A stretch of DNA of 64,000 bases from a virus, in the IMG/VR virus record IMGVR_UViG_3300040801_002923, positions 1-64,000 of that record; one strand, written 5' to 3'. This document shows positions 45,625-55,784 of this stretch, one piece after another; the stretch's first letter is position 1; every line of letters starts with the position of its first letter. Below the pieces are notes generated by a model that was not told the DNA's origin, did no database searches, and saw nothing but the letters and a program-made list of their open reading frames with translations. Both the position numbers and the translations under genes were made by a program.

Positions 45625-48621
45625 ATGGGTGTTTTCGATCCCCATGGTGATTCGCCGGAACGCATTCTTCGTGAAGGCGAGACAATCAGTCTCAAGGTAG
45701 AACGACTAACCGAGTCGACGGCACGGGTTAGCTGGAATATCCCAACGCCTGCAGATGGCTGCAATTCCAGTAACCAAGCGTACAACGGCATGGTTGTTGT
45801 TCTAAACACCGTCGCTAACAAACCAACTGATCGTCCAGTCAACGGCATCCGATACACTGCAGATCCAACTGGCAACGCAGACCTCCACGCCGGCGACCGC
45901 GTTGGTGACGCCCTCATTGTTGGTGCGTTCTACAACGACAAGACAACCAACTCGTTCACGATTACCGATCTTGTTGACGGCGCAGCGTACTTTATCACAG
46001 GTCACGCCGTCGATGCGCAAAATCGGTACCACGGCAACGGTGCTAGTGGTTACTCACTCCCGTTGACTCTGAACGAAAAGCAGCCTGACACACAGGCGTT
46101 CCACGAAATCACTCTAAGTGCAAGTGGTGCTGATATCATCGGTAGCGATGCTACCGAGCTTGTGGTCGGCGAGATCTACAATTTCTTCATTGTCATTGAC
46201 GGCGCTAAGCACGAAATTCTAATCGATGGTGGCGTCGCGCAGACATACGACGAGCTGGTGGCTGAAATCGACCGCCAGCTGCAGCAGATCGGTGGACCAT
46301 TTACAGGTCCTCTAGCCCCAAACACTGGCGGATATTTCTACAATTCAACAACCAATCAGCTGTTCCAGTGGGATGGCACTCAGAACGTTGAACTACCTGT
46401 AATCAATCACCCCACGGATCCTTCAGCTGTTGCAGCTGGTGATTTTTGGCTAGACAGCGACTCGGGGCTGAATGAGCTAAATCTTCGAGATGCGACAAAC
46501 ACGACCTGGAATATCCAGACTCCGCAGATTGAGACAGGGTATGATGTAACTAATCCGCCGTGCGATGCCTATTGGTACAACGATGGCCCATGCTTGATGT
46601 GGAAGTGGAACGGGTCCACGTGGTGTTCCAAGTCACCGGTGTTTGTACAAGAAACTGATCCATCGATACCACCTTTGCTGTCCTGTGGAACATACTGGCT
46701 GGATCAGGACGGCCAGTTGTTTGTGTGGAGTACTGTAAACGGGTGCAGTCAGTGGGTACAAGTCGAAGCAATCTCATGGGATCAAGCTCCTACACTGATC
46801 GTAAACGGTACATACTGGTTCAATGACAGTACAAATGAGCTCAATCTTCGCATTGGTGGAGCATGGGTTGTACAAACTGATGTGTTTGTACAGGATGAAC
46901 AGCCAATCACTAATATTGTCGGTGCACAATGGTACGTGCCGACAACAGGTCAGCTATTTGTACTGAACAATCAGGACATCTGGGAAGAGCAGCCTGTCCT
47001 AATCTTCGGTACAGATCCAACCTCTGTTGAATCGTGCGATCTTTGGTTTAACACTGCCAACGATCAGCTGTACACGTGGGATGCTGTTAACGGTGAGTGG
47101 GACCTCGTTGCGCAATTCTTCGATCAGGAAGCAGATCCGTCGGAGGCATCAGTCCTGGACGTCGGTGCAATCTGGGTCGATTCTGTAAACGAAACATATT
47201 ACGAATGGGATGGTGGTCAGTTCGTACTGATTAGCCAAGATACTCTAGTGGTGTGGCCGTCGGACCCAACGCAAATTCCGATTGATACAATATGGCTCCA
47301 AACCACATCGGGTGCGTACTTCCTGTGGGACGGCACGATGTGGAATATCATCGATCAGATTGTTGCTCCAAACGATCCGGCACTACCACAGCCCGGTGAT
47401 TTTTGGTTCAACACCTCGACGCAAATTCTCAACCAGTGGAATGGTGTCGCATGGATTCCGGTTGCCTACAGTAGCACACCATTAGCTCCAGCTGTTGGTG
47501 ATGTGTGGTACAGCACGGTAGATCAAACGCTTCTTACATGGAACGGTTCAGAGTGGGTGCAAGCTGATCGACAGGTCACCATAGCACTCAATCAATCAGA
47601 ACCGGCAGCAAACATCTGCGAACCTGACAGCAACATTGTTTTCACTCGTACTGCAGCTGGCAGTGAGAGATCCGTACGGATCGGCCAACAAACCGCCACA
47701 GCGTTTGCAACCAACTTCCCGACAGTTCAGTACCAGTTCGAGGGCACTCTGTTTAACAGCCTTGGGGCAACAGCTTCCCTAAAGCCTCCTGTGTTGGGTG
47801 GCGACGGACTCGAGGCTACGCCGATGTACGAGCAATTGGGTGTCGGCACTGACGGTACTCCCGACGAGCGCCGAGAGTTGGCTGACAGTATTCGCCGCCA
47901 GCTTGGCTATCCAACAATTGAAATCGAGTTAGACACGCGTCAGCTGGACGAAGCAATTCAGAGCGCTATCGAAGAGTTGCGCCTTCGAAGTTCTTCGGCG
48001 GTTCGTCGTGTGTACTTCATGATGGATTTGCAACCAGGCAAGCAGCGTTATGTCATGACTAGCAAAGCAACTGGATTCAATACGATTGTCAGTATCATGG
48101 GGATCTGGCGCGTAACATCAGCTTTCCAAAGCACCGCCTATGCATCGGGAGTGTACGGCCAGACAGTACTCCAGCACCTGTACCACATGGGTACGTTTGA
48201 TTTGGTGAGCTACCACCTGATATCGCAGTACATCGAGGAGCTCGAGCAGCTATTCGCAACCCGCGTAACATACACGTTTGACGAGGCGCGCCGGCAGCTT
48301 GACATTTTCCAATCTGTGACTCGACAAGAACGAGTATTGCTCGATGCTGTTGTTGAGCGCACAGAACAAGAGCTTCTGACCAATCGTTATACGAAGAACT
48401 GGATCGAGCGCTGGGCTCTGGCACAGGCGCAGCTTACTCTCGCATCAATTCGAGGTAAGTTTGCAACTCTACCTGGCGCCGGTGGTGGTGTATCGCTGAA
48501 TGCGGCTGACCTGGAAAACCTCGCTCGCGAGAACATTCAATGGTGCCTCGATGACATCGACAACTTTGTTGTGAACGATATCGAAAACCTAGGCATCGGT
48601 TCGGAGTTGATCATTGGCTAA
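45625..48621 (+). CDS. Neck protein gp13-like, with a large N-terminal Trp-rich repeat extension
   Basis: C-terminal RRQLGYPTIEIELDTRQLDEAI...RGKFATLPGAGGGVSLNA is gp13-like; upstream are many P..P..GxxW/L..W.G..W repeats. Confidence 0.8.
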   Translation: MGVFDPHGDSPERILREGETISLKVERLTESTARVSWNIPTPADGCNSSNQAYNGMVVVLNTVANKPTDRPVNGIRYTADPTGNADLHAGDRVGDALIVGAFYNDKTTNSFTITDLVDGAAYFITGHAVDAQNRYHGNGASGYSLPLTLNEKQPDTQAFHEITLSASGADIIGSDATELVVGEIYNFFIVIDGAKHEILIDGGVAQTYDELVAEIDRQLQQIGGPFTGPLAPNTGGYFYNSTTNQLFQWDGTQNVELPVINHPTDPSAVAAGDFWLDSDSGLNELNLRDATNTTWNIQTPQIETGYDVTNPPCDAYWYNDGPCLMWKWNGSTWCSKSPVFVQETDPSIPPLLSCGTYWLDQDGQLFVWSTVNGCSQWVQVEAISWDQAPTLIVNGTYWFNDSTNELNLRIGGAWVVQTDVFVQDEQPITNIVGAQWYVPTTGQLFVLNNQDIWEEQPVLIFGTDPTSVESCDLWFNTANDQLYTWDAVNGEWDLVAQFFDQEADPSEASVLDVGAIWVDSVNETYYEWDGGQFVLISQDTLVVWPSDPTQIPIDTIWLQTTSGAYFLWDGTMWNIIDQIVAPNDPALPQPGDFWFNTSTQILNQWNGVAWIPVAYSSTPLAPAVGDVWYSTVDQTLLTWNGSEWVQADRQVTIALNQSEPAANICEPDSNIVFTRTAAGSERSVRIGQQTATAFATNFPTVQYQFEGTLFNSLGATASLKPPVLGGDGLEATPMYEQLGVGTDGTPDERRELADSIRRQLGYPTIEIELDTRQLDEAIQSAIEELRLRSSSAVRRVYFMMDLQPGKQRYVMTSKATGFNTIVSIMGIWRVTSAFQSTAYASGVYGQTVLQHLYHMGTFDLVSYHLISQYIEELEQLFATRVTYTFDEARRQLDIFQSVTRQERVLLDAVVERTEQELLTNRYTKNWIERWALAQAQLTLASIRGKFATLPGAGGGVSLNAADLENLARENIQWCLDDIDNFVVNDIENLGIGSELIIG

Positions 48622-50242
48622 CGAAACAACAACAGCATCAACGGATACAACAGTTGCAACTGTACCGTCGGGTTGCATTCTCCTTGGCGACGGTACGATC
48701 AAGTGCCCCGACACAGCTGCATCGGAGGTATGTAAGCCGTGGAAGCTCCAAGAGTCGCGTGATGCATGTATTCAAGAGGATTACGCCAACGAGGCTCTTA
48801 ACATTGGTGGTGCCACGGCGAACGTATTCAAACTACTTGGTGTTCACGAACAAACCAAGCTAGTCGATCAGACAGGTCGCGGTGTCGCGATCTCCGGTGG
48901 CGATATGGGCCAATTCTCTGCCGCAAACGCATTTACGAGCGAATGCACGGTGTGGAGATCAAAGCAACGTGGAGCAAATGTAGTCAGTAAGGCGTACATC
49001 GGCTATGACTTTGGTCCAATTAAAATCACAACAGGTCGTCAGCGCCATGGCGATGCTCGCCCGGAGACCCAGGATGTTTAGACGATCCGCATCAAACAGT
49101 TATCCTCTGCAGCAAACCGTGCGACGCGGATTCGTGTTGAACGATCGCAGGACGGAGAGAGCTGGTTTGGAGTTGAAATTGTGGACCTTGATGATAACGA
49201 TTCGCTACAGACTGTCCACATTCGTCGATCCGTGCCATCACGATTCTGGCGCATTCGTCCTCTGGCGTTTAACGGAGGCGATGGGGACTTTTGGGGTGTT
49301 ACTGCATTAGAACTATCCGACTATGAAGCGACGCGCCTCGACAATATTCAAGATCGTTTGCTGCTAGAAAACCGCAATCGTGATTACAACACCAGTCCCA
49401 TTGTGGTTAAGGTATTCTACGATCTAATCGACGTGCAAACGGAACTGTCGCGATTTGGTATTGAGTTGCCTAGCCAGTCGTACTTCATGACAGCAGGCTT
49501 CAATTCAGTTGTTGAAGCCCTTGGCCGTCCTTTTGTGATTGGTGATATCATTGAGCTACCAAGTGAAACGCAATATTCGGCATCACTTGAACCTGTCAAG
49601 AAGTATCTTGAGGTAATCGACGTTGGTTGGAGCACGGAGGGGTATACGCCAGGGTGGCGCCCAACTCTTCTCAGAATTGTTGCTCAGCCTATGCTGGCAT
49701 CTCAGGAGACGCAGGATATCGTTGGCGACTTTGTGCGCCGGGTCGACGGTGATGGACTATTCAACATCGACGATGGCAACCATCCAATCTTTCAAGATTA
49801 CTCCGAATCGGCTCAGACGATTGATGCTATCTCACGCAACGAACACAACGTACCACAGCGCGGTGCTGATGCGAGTAACGAGCTTCGACAATTTAGTCAA
49901 GAAGAGCTCCAAAAAGCTGAGGATGCTGGCATTAACATTCAGAAGCTTTCATACAACCCGAACAGTGTGTACATCGAAGATGCGGTCCCACCAAATAACG
50001 AAGATTTCACCATGGGGGACACATTTCCGGAAAATCCTTCCGATGGTGATTATCACCGCCTAACTTTCAGCGGGGTTGAGGATCCACCTCCCGCGCAACT
50101 TTGGCGGTATTCAGCACAGAAGATGCGCTGGGGTTGGCTCGAGACAGATCGCCGTGCAGAGTTTGATGGTACGCGTAAAAAGCTCCAGGAGTTTATCACC
50201 CACCCGAATGCGGTTCCTGTAAACAAGAATCTTGAAGACTAA
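48614..50242 (+). CDS. Neck protein gp14-like with an inserted F5/8 (discoidin)-like domain, interrupted by one in-frame TAG at 49079-49081
   Basis: ORFs 48614-49081 and 49181-50242 share a frame and only one TAG separates them. YIGYDFG...TIRIKQ...VERSQDGESW...RFWRIRP spans the stop. IQDRLLLENRNRDY, ELSRFGI and GDIIELP are gp14-like. Confidence 0.75.
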
Positions 50243-50251
50243 ATAGTCTTC

Positions 50252-51028
50252 ATGACAAACGTTGCACAAGACCCAACATTCTTCTACGACGAGCAGATTC
50301 GCCGTAATGTACTGCAGTTCATGGCGATCTTCTCCAACATGTACGTTGAGTTCGGCGCCAAGGGCGATCGCGAACCTGGACTAGTTCCTGTATTCCTCAC
50401 ATACGGCCACCGCGATCGGGTTGTCGCTCATATCAAAAGTGACAACACTCAGAACAAACCTTTACGTTTGCCAGCTATGGCTGCAAATCTAACTTCAATC
50501 AGCATGGCACCTGATCGAGCTAAGGGGCAGCAGTCAACAAGACGAGATACGTATCTCAAGAATCAGGGTGTACTTCCTGATGATGTCAGAACGATATACC
50601 AGCGCATGCCTGTTCCGTATGATTTCAACTTTGAGTTGTCCATCTACACAACGAACTACGACGAGCACTGGCAAATACTAGAACAGATTCTAACGATTTT
50701 CGATCCCTCGCTTTCGATTCAGACCAGCACCGATACGTTCGACTGGACGAAGATCAAACAGGTTGATCTCGTTGGAATTGGTCCAGAGCAAAATTACCCA
50801 TCAGGACCAGAACGTCGAATTATCGTGACGACACTTGCGTTTGTTGTGAAAGGTTGGCTGTCGTTGCCTTCGAATGTTCGTGATAACGTTATCCGAAGTA
50901 TTCAACTTCGTGTTGGAATCGTTAGCGATCTTGATGCTCCATCATCCGATATCATAGCGGAAATCGATGCTGGTGGCTTTGACTACAACAGCCAATTCGA
51001 TTTCAGCGAAGACGTTGATTTGCAGTAA
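50252..51028 (+). CDS. Tail terminator / sheath stabiliser, gp15-like
   Basis: FFYDEQIRR..QF..IFSN, RLPAM and MPVPYDFNFELSIYT...QILEQILTIFDP motifs. Confidence 0.88.
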   Translation: MTNVAQDPTFFYDEQIRRNVLQFMAIFSNMYVEFGAKGDREPGLVPVFLTYGHRDRVVAHIKSDNTQNKPLRLPAMAANLTSISMAPDRAKGQQSTRRDTYLKNQGVLPDDVRTIYQRMPVPYDFNFELSIYTTNYDEHWQILEQILTIFDPSLSIQTSTDTFDWTKIKQVDLVGIGPEQNYPSGPERRIIVTTLAFVVKGWLSLPSNVRDNVIRSIQLRVGIVSDLDAPSSDIIAEIDAGGFDYNSQFDFSEDVDLQ

Positions 51029-51104
51029 GTTTTGTATGGTGGCATAAATACTCACGTTATACAGTCGCAGTATACAGTTTTGGAAGTAACCAGGAGAAAC
51101 AAAG

Positions 51105-53897
51105 ATGGCTCTAGTTAGTGCAGGTGTAGAAGTTACGATCATCGATGAGAGTTTCTTCGTCCCAGCTCAGGCTGCAACAGTACCGCTGATCTTCGTAGCT
51201 ACGGCTGACGAAAAGACACAGCCAGATGGTACTACACCAGCCGCTGGTACGTATGAAAGCAACGTCGTCCGCACCGTGACCTCTCTTAACCAAAGTCAGG
51301 CACTTTATGGTAACCCACGATTCCTCGAGGATTCTAGTGGAAACCAGCAACATGGCGATGCTCGTAATGAATATGGACTGCTCGCGCTTAACTCATTCCT
51401 CGGCGTCGGTAACCTCGCGTACGTAGTACGTGCAAACGTTAACCTCAACGATGACCTTGAGGACATCCGCGCAATCTGGGATCGCAAGATGGAAGAAGCA
51501 GCGATTGTTCTCGAAGCAAACGTTACGTCGTTTATCACAGAATACAACGAAGTGAACAACCTGGTTCCTTCAAACCCGAACTTCAAGATCACGGTAACTA
51601 AAGACGAGTTCCTCTCTTTGGCTCGCGAATCGACAGATCCTGTGTTTGCTGCGTTCTCCTTCCAGAACTCCGAAGAAAACTTCTACGATGACAACACAAC
51701 GCCTGTATCTGCGACGGCTGGTTACCAAGTCATCGACATGGACGGATCGGTAAACCAAGGTCAGCAATTCCTAGACTTTGGGGGTTCGATCGCTTCCGCA
51801 TCCCAAGTAATCAACGTTGGTGGTACGATTTCTGGTGCTTCCGCAACAGGACTTGCGCCCGACGCTACAGTTTACGATTTCCGCGTGTTTGTCGAAGGCA
51901 CACTGAACACCATTCAAGTAACTGGATCCAATGCGCAGACGTACGCAGACCTCATCACAGAGATCAATGCTGACCTAACAGGGGCAACAGCTGAACTACT
52001 CGGCGGCAATGTGCGTATCATCTCTGATGATACTTCAGCGACGTCCTCTATTAGTGTTACTGAAGGTACTCTAACAGATCCTCTACTGGCCGCGTTGACG
52101 GACTTCGTTGGCATCGAATCAGCTACGAAGAACGGTGCAAACCCAACCGGACTGCTCGACGACTCGACCTCGTATACGGTAAACGTTGCAGTGAATGGTG
52201 GAGCTCCACAAGCACTAACCGTTCAGGGGCAAAATGCACAAACGTTTGGTGAGCTGGTAGTTCAACTCAACTCGCTGCTAACCGGCGGCACGGTTGAACT
52301 GTTTGAAGACGGTAACATCCGCATCTTCTCATCACTATCTGACGCGTCGTTGTCAGCCATTGCGACAACCGACACTACGCTGCTGGCTGCTCTATCAGGC
52401 TTTGTTGCAGCCGTACCAGCGACAAACAACATCACAAATCCAACGGGTCTGCCTAACACAGGCACACTGTTGCAAGCGACGGTCACAGTTGATGGTGTCC
52501 CTAACTCCGTGCAGATTGCTGGTAACGCAGCTCAAACTTTCGGAACGCTGGTTGCTGAGCTTAACACCGACCTCGGCCCAGTGGCGACGGCGGCAATCGG
52601 CGATGGTGTTACGACAACAAACGGCTACGTTGTTCCAAACGGTCAGCTCGCAATTGTCAGTGCAACCACAGGCGCGGCATCTACGGTTTCTATCGCCGAT
52701 GTGAACATCTTCTCAGGCCTTCGCGGCTTTGTTACGCTGGAGACGCCGGTTGTTGGTCTACCAGCAAACGCAAACCTGCAGGTGTTCGGTAATGGCTACG
52801 ATCAGCCATCAACAGGTACGTACCTTGGGCTGGAAGGTATCGCATCCGAGTGGGAAAACAACGCCCTCGGTTCTCTGGTTGCGGGTGAGTTTACCGCCGA
52901 AGAGGCTGCTGCTACACTTCTAGCAGCAGCCGACGATTACAAGTTCACGGTTGAGTTCCTAAACGAAACAAGCCTTGGTGCAAACGACGCAGCGCGTCGT
53001 GTTGCAATCACAACAGCGCTGCAGGCTTCAATCAACAGCAACACGGAAGTTCGATCCGAGAACTTCGAATTCAACCTGATTCTCTGCCCAGGATATCACG
53101 AATGTGTAGATGAGCTGATTGCTCTGTCCGTTGATATCAACGAAGAAGCTTTTGTCATCGCTGACACCCCAGTCAACCTTGGCGCCGACGAGGTTGTGAA
53201 CTGGTCTGCAACCACGCAGCGATTCCGCTCTCCGGGTGTGGCTTACTACTACCCGTGGGCTCTGCAGTCGAATCTTGACGGTACAAACGTGGTGGGAGCG
53301 CCTTCCGGTGTAGCCCTGCGTACGTATGCATTCAGCGACAACACTGCTGAGCTATGGTTTGCACCAGCTGGTACACGCCGCGGACTGGTTTCAGGCGTGT
53401 CGCGTCTCGGCCACGTTCGCGGAACGCTTGGCACCGCAACCACATTTGTTGAGACAAACCTGAACCAAGGTCAGCGCGACAACATGTACAAAGATCTGAC
53501 AAACCTGAACCCTATTGCGTTCTTTGTTGGTCGTGGGTTCGTGATCTGGGGTCAGAAAACGTCTTCACCAGACATCAGTGCACGCAACCGTGTAAACGTT
53601 GAGCGTCTGCTTCGCTTCATGAAACGTCAGTTCCGTAAGAGTCTGCTGTCGTTTGTGTTCGAGCCAAACGATACGCTCACACGGGACAACGTCAAGGCTC
53701 TGGCTGATAACTTCCTCGGCGATCTCGTTGTTCGTCGAGCACTGTTCGACTTCGCTACGGTGTGTGATGAGTCCAACAACACACCAGACCGTATCGATCG
53801 TAACGAGCTGTATCTTGATATCGCAATCAAGCCTACGCGCGCCGCAGAATTCATCTTCGTGCCAATTCGTGTAGTTGCAACGGATGCAGATATCTAA
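51105..53897 (+). CDS. Tail sheath protein, gp18-like, with inserted repeat domains
   Basis: LVSAGVEVTIIDES, YYPW, WFAPAGTRRG, RVNVERL and FEPND...CDESNNTP..IDRNEL..DIAIKP motifs. Confidence 0.95.
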   Translation: MALVSAGVEVTIIDESFFVPAQAATVPLIFVATADEKTQPDGTTPAAGTYESNVVRTVTSLNQSQALYGNPRFLEDSSGNQQHGDARNEYGLLALNSFLGVGNLAYVVRANVNLNDDLEDIRAIWDRKMEEAAIVLEANVTSFITEYNEVNNLVPSNPNFKITVTKDEFLSLARESTDPVFAAFSFQNSEENFYDDNTTPVSATAGYQVIDMDGSVNQGQQFLDFGGSIASASQVINVGGTISGASATGLAPDATVYDFRVFVEGTLNTIQVTGSNAQTYADLITEINADLTGATAELLGGNVRIISDDTSATSSISVTEGTLTDPLLAALTDFVGIESATKNGANPTGLLDDSTSYTVNVAVNGGAPQALTVQGQNAQTFGELVVQLNSLLTGGTVELFEDGNIRIFSSLSDASLSAIATTDTTLLAALSGFVAAVPATNNITNPTGLPNTGTLLQATVTVDGVPNSVQIAGNAAQTFGTLVAELNTDLGPVATAAIGDGVTTTNGYVVPNGQLAIVSATTGAASTVSIADVNIFSGLRGFVTLETPVVGLPANANLQVFGNGYDQPSTGTYLGLEGIASEWENNALGSLVAGEFTAEEAAATLLAAADDYKFTVEFLNETSLGANDAARRVAITTALQASINSNTEVRSENFEFNLILCPGYHECVDELIALSVDINEEAFVIADTPVNLGADEVVNWSATTQRFRSPGVAYYYPWALQSNLDGTNVVGAPSGVALRTYAFSDNTAELWFAPAGTRRGLVSGVSRLGHVRGTLGTATTFVETNLNQGQRDNMYKDLTNLNPIAFFVGRGFVIWGQKTSSPDISARNRVNVERLLRFMKRQFRKSLLSFVFEPNDTLTRDNVKALADNFLGDLVVRRALFDFATVCDESNNTPDRIDRNELYLDIAIKPTRAAEFIFVPIRVVATDADI

Positions 53898-53932
53898 GGT
53901 CTAACGCAAGCGTAACTTAAAGGGAAAGTAAT

Positions 53933-54520
53933 ATGGCAACCATTAACGACATCGGAATTCCTGGAGTAGGTACAGGTATCCTGCAGCCAAAGCAGAAGAA
54001 CAAGTGGCGCGTCACTTTCGCTAATATTGGCGGCGGTGCTGACTCCCAGCCTCTTTCGCTTCAGGCTGTGACGGTAACCCGTCCATCCATTACATTCGAT
54101 GAGATTCAGCTCGATCGTTACGTCTCGCGCGCGTTCGTGGCTGGTAAGTACACGTTCGAACCGATGACAATTTCCTTTGAGGATGATGTTACTGGTCTCG
54201 CTTCTCAGGTACTGCAGGATCAAATTCAGTCGCAACAATTCCTGACGGGTGCTGAAGGCGCTTTCCTTGCTACATCTGGCGAAGGTTCGTTGTACAAGTT
54301 CATCACGTATCTCGACATGCTGGACGGTAACGATCAGCAGATTGAGCGCTGGACGGTCGAAGGCTGCTTCATCTCTGGCATTGACTACACAGATCTAGAT
54401 TTTGCGACAGCAGATCAGGTCCTTATCACAGTGACAATCCGTTACGACCACGCGCGTCAAGTTCTCGGTGGCTACGACCAGGGTCAGGGTGTTGCACTTG
54501 GTGGTGCTGGTCGAGAGTAA
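53933..54520 (+). CDS. Tail tube protein, gp19-like
   Basis: Follows the sheath gene; PKQKNKWRVTF, AGKYTFEPMTISFEDD, W..EGCF and IRYDHA motifs. Confidence 0.88.
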   Translation: MATINDIGIPGVGTGILQPKQKNKWRVTFANIGGGADSQPLSLQAVTVTRPSITFDEIQLDRYVSRAFVAGKYTFEPMTISFEDDVTGLASQVLQDQIQSQQFLTGAEGAFLATSGEGSLYKFITYLDMLDGNDQQIERWTVEGCFISGIDYTDLDFATADQVLITVTIRYDHARQVLGGYDQGQGVALGGAGRE

Positions 54521-54585
54521 GGTTAGCGTCCGTCGGAAGACAAGGAAGTCTAACACATCTAACAGGAAGTTTACTTTCTGGACGC

Positions 54586-54612
54586 AGGGGGGCCTTTTGG
54601 CCCCCTTTCTTT
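54586..54612 (+). terminator. Intrinsic terminator after the tube gene
   Basis: AGGGGGCC-TTTT-GGCCCCCT followed by TTCTTT. Confidence 0.85.
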
Positions 54613-54654
54613 ATTTGTTAGAACACGCTTTTTTACTGAACACTAAATAACCGC

Positions 54655-55773
54655 ATGGCTCTAGATCCTCGCTCATTTCTCACTAATCCTGTGGTCCGCC
54701 AGGTAGCCAACGCTGTGCCTGGCGGTGACCTAGTTATTCAAGCCGTAGACACAGTCCAGGACTTCCGTGATAACGGGGTGGACTTTAAGAACGGACGCCT
54801 GACAATCGGCAGTCCGTCACCATACGCAGTTGATTTAGTGGCTAGAGCTCCTAAGCACAAGTTCATGTTCGTACTGCAAGTGGTTATCGATGGGCCGTTT
54901 CAGCAACTGTTCCCTGAATCGCTGCTTGAAGAGATGGCCTTCGTGGTTAAGCGAGCAGGTCGTCCTAATGTTTCGTTCGACTACGAGGAAGTAAACTTCT
55001 ACAACCATCGATCCAAAGTACTGAAGCGGATTGAATACCAACCAATCACAATCGGCTTCTACGATGACATGAACAGCAACGTTCTTTCGTTTCTTGAGCG
55101 GTATCTTGCAGTAACGTCTCCGATTTCACGTCTTGGCGATAAAGGGCAAGTATACAAGCTGTTTGAAGAGAGCGGTATGAACTCACCGAACGACTTTGCG
55201 TCCGCATCTACGGATGGCTTCGCTCGTGTGCCCGGCGTTACGGATACTGACACATCGATCATCAGCTATATCAATCTCTTTCATATCTATAACGGTGGCT
55301 CGCTAGTGGATCAATACACGTTCGCTAAACCCAAGATCACAGAAATTCAGTTGGATGATGTTGATATGACAATGTCTGGAGACGGCACAGAGGCTGCGTT
55401 TACCTTCTCATACGAAGCACTTGGAATCCAGACACGCATTCGAGCTGCTGAGCTTCGCAATCGAATTCAAGATTACACGGATGCAGGCCTACATACGCTC
55501 AATCTACCACGCTCGCTCAACACACCCCTATCTACTGGTGGTGTATTCGGTGCAGCTGGTCCTGGTGACGTCATTCGCGAAACCGCCCGTGATATTGCTT
55601 CTGATGCGCTATCCGGTGCGGCGCTAGGAGGTGCAATTGGCGGCGCTATTGGAGGTGTCGGTGGTGCTATCCAGGCTGGGGTTGGTACAGCAACCAACGT
55701 CGTAGGAAACGCTGTTTCAGATCTTCTTGGTATTGGTGGCGACGATCAAGCCAACTCGGATAATTTCGACTAA
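54655..55773 (+). CDS. Tube-fold protein (gp19/gp54-like)
   Basis: PKHKFMF, VKRAGRPNVSF...NFYN...IEYQPITIGFYDD and TFSYE motifs; Gly-rich tail. Confidence 0.7.
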   Translation: MALDPRSFLTNPVVRQVANAVPGGDLVIQAVDTVQDFRDNGVDFKNGRLTIGSPSPYAVDLVARAPKHKFMFVLQVVIDGPFQQLFPESLLEEMAFVVKRAGRPNVSFDYEEVNFYNHRSKVLKRIEYQPITIGFYDDMNSNVLSFLERYLAVTSPISRLGDKGQVYKLFEESGMNSPNDFASASTDGFARVPGVTDTDTSIISYINLFHIYNGGSLVDQYTFAKPKITEIQLDDVDMTMSGDGTEAAFTFSYEALGIQTRIRAAELRNRIQDYTDAGLHTLNLPRSLNTPLSTGGVFGAAGPGDVIRETARDIASDALSGAALGGAIGGAIGGVGGAIQAGVGTATNVVGNAVSDLLGIGGDDQANSDNFD

Positions 55774-55784
55774 ATAGACTCGCT

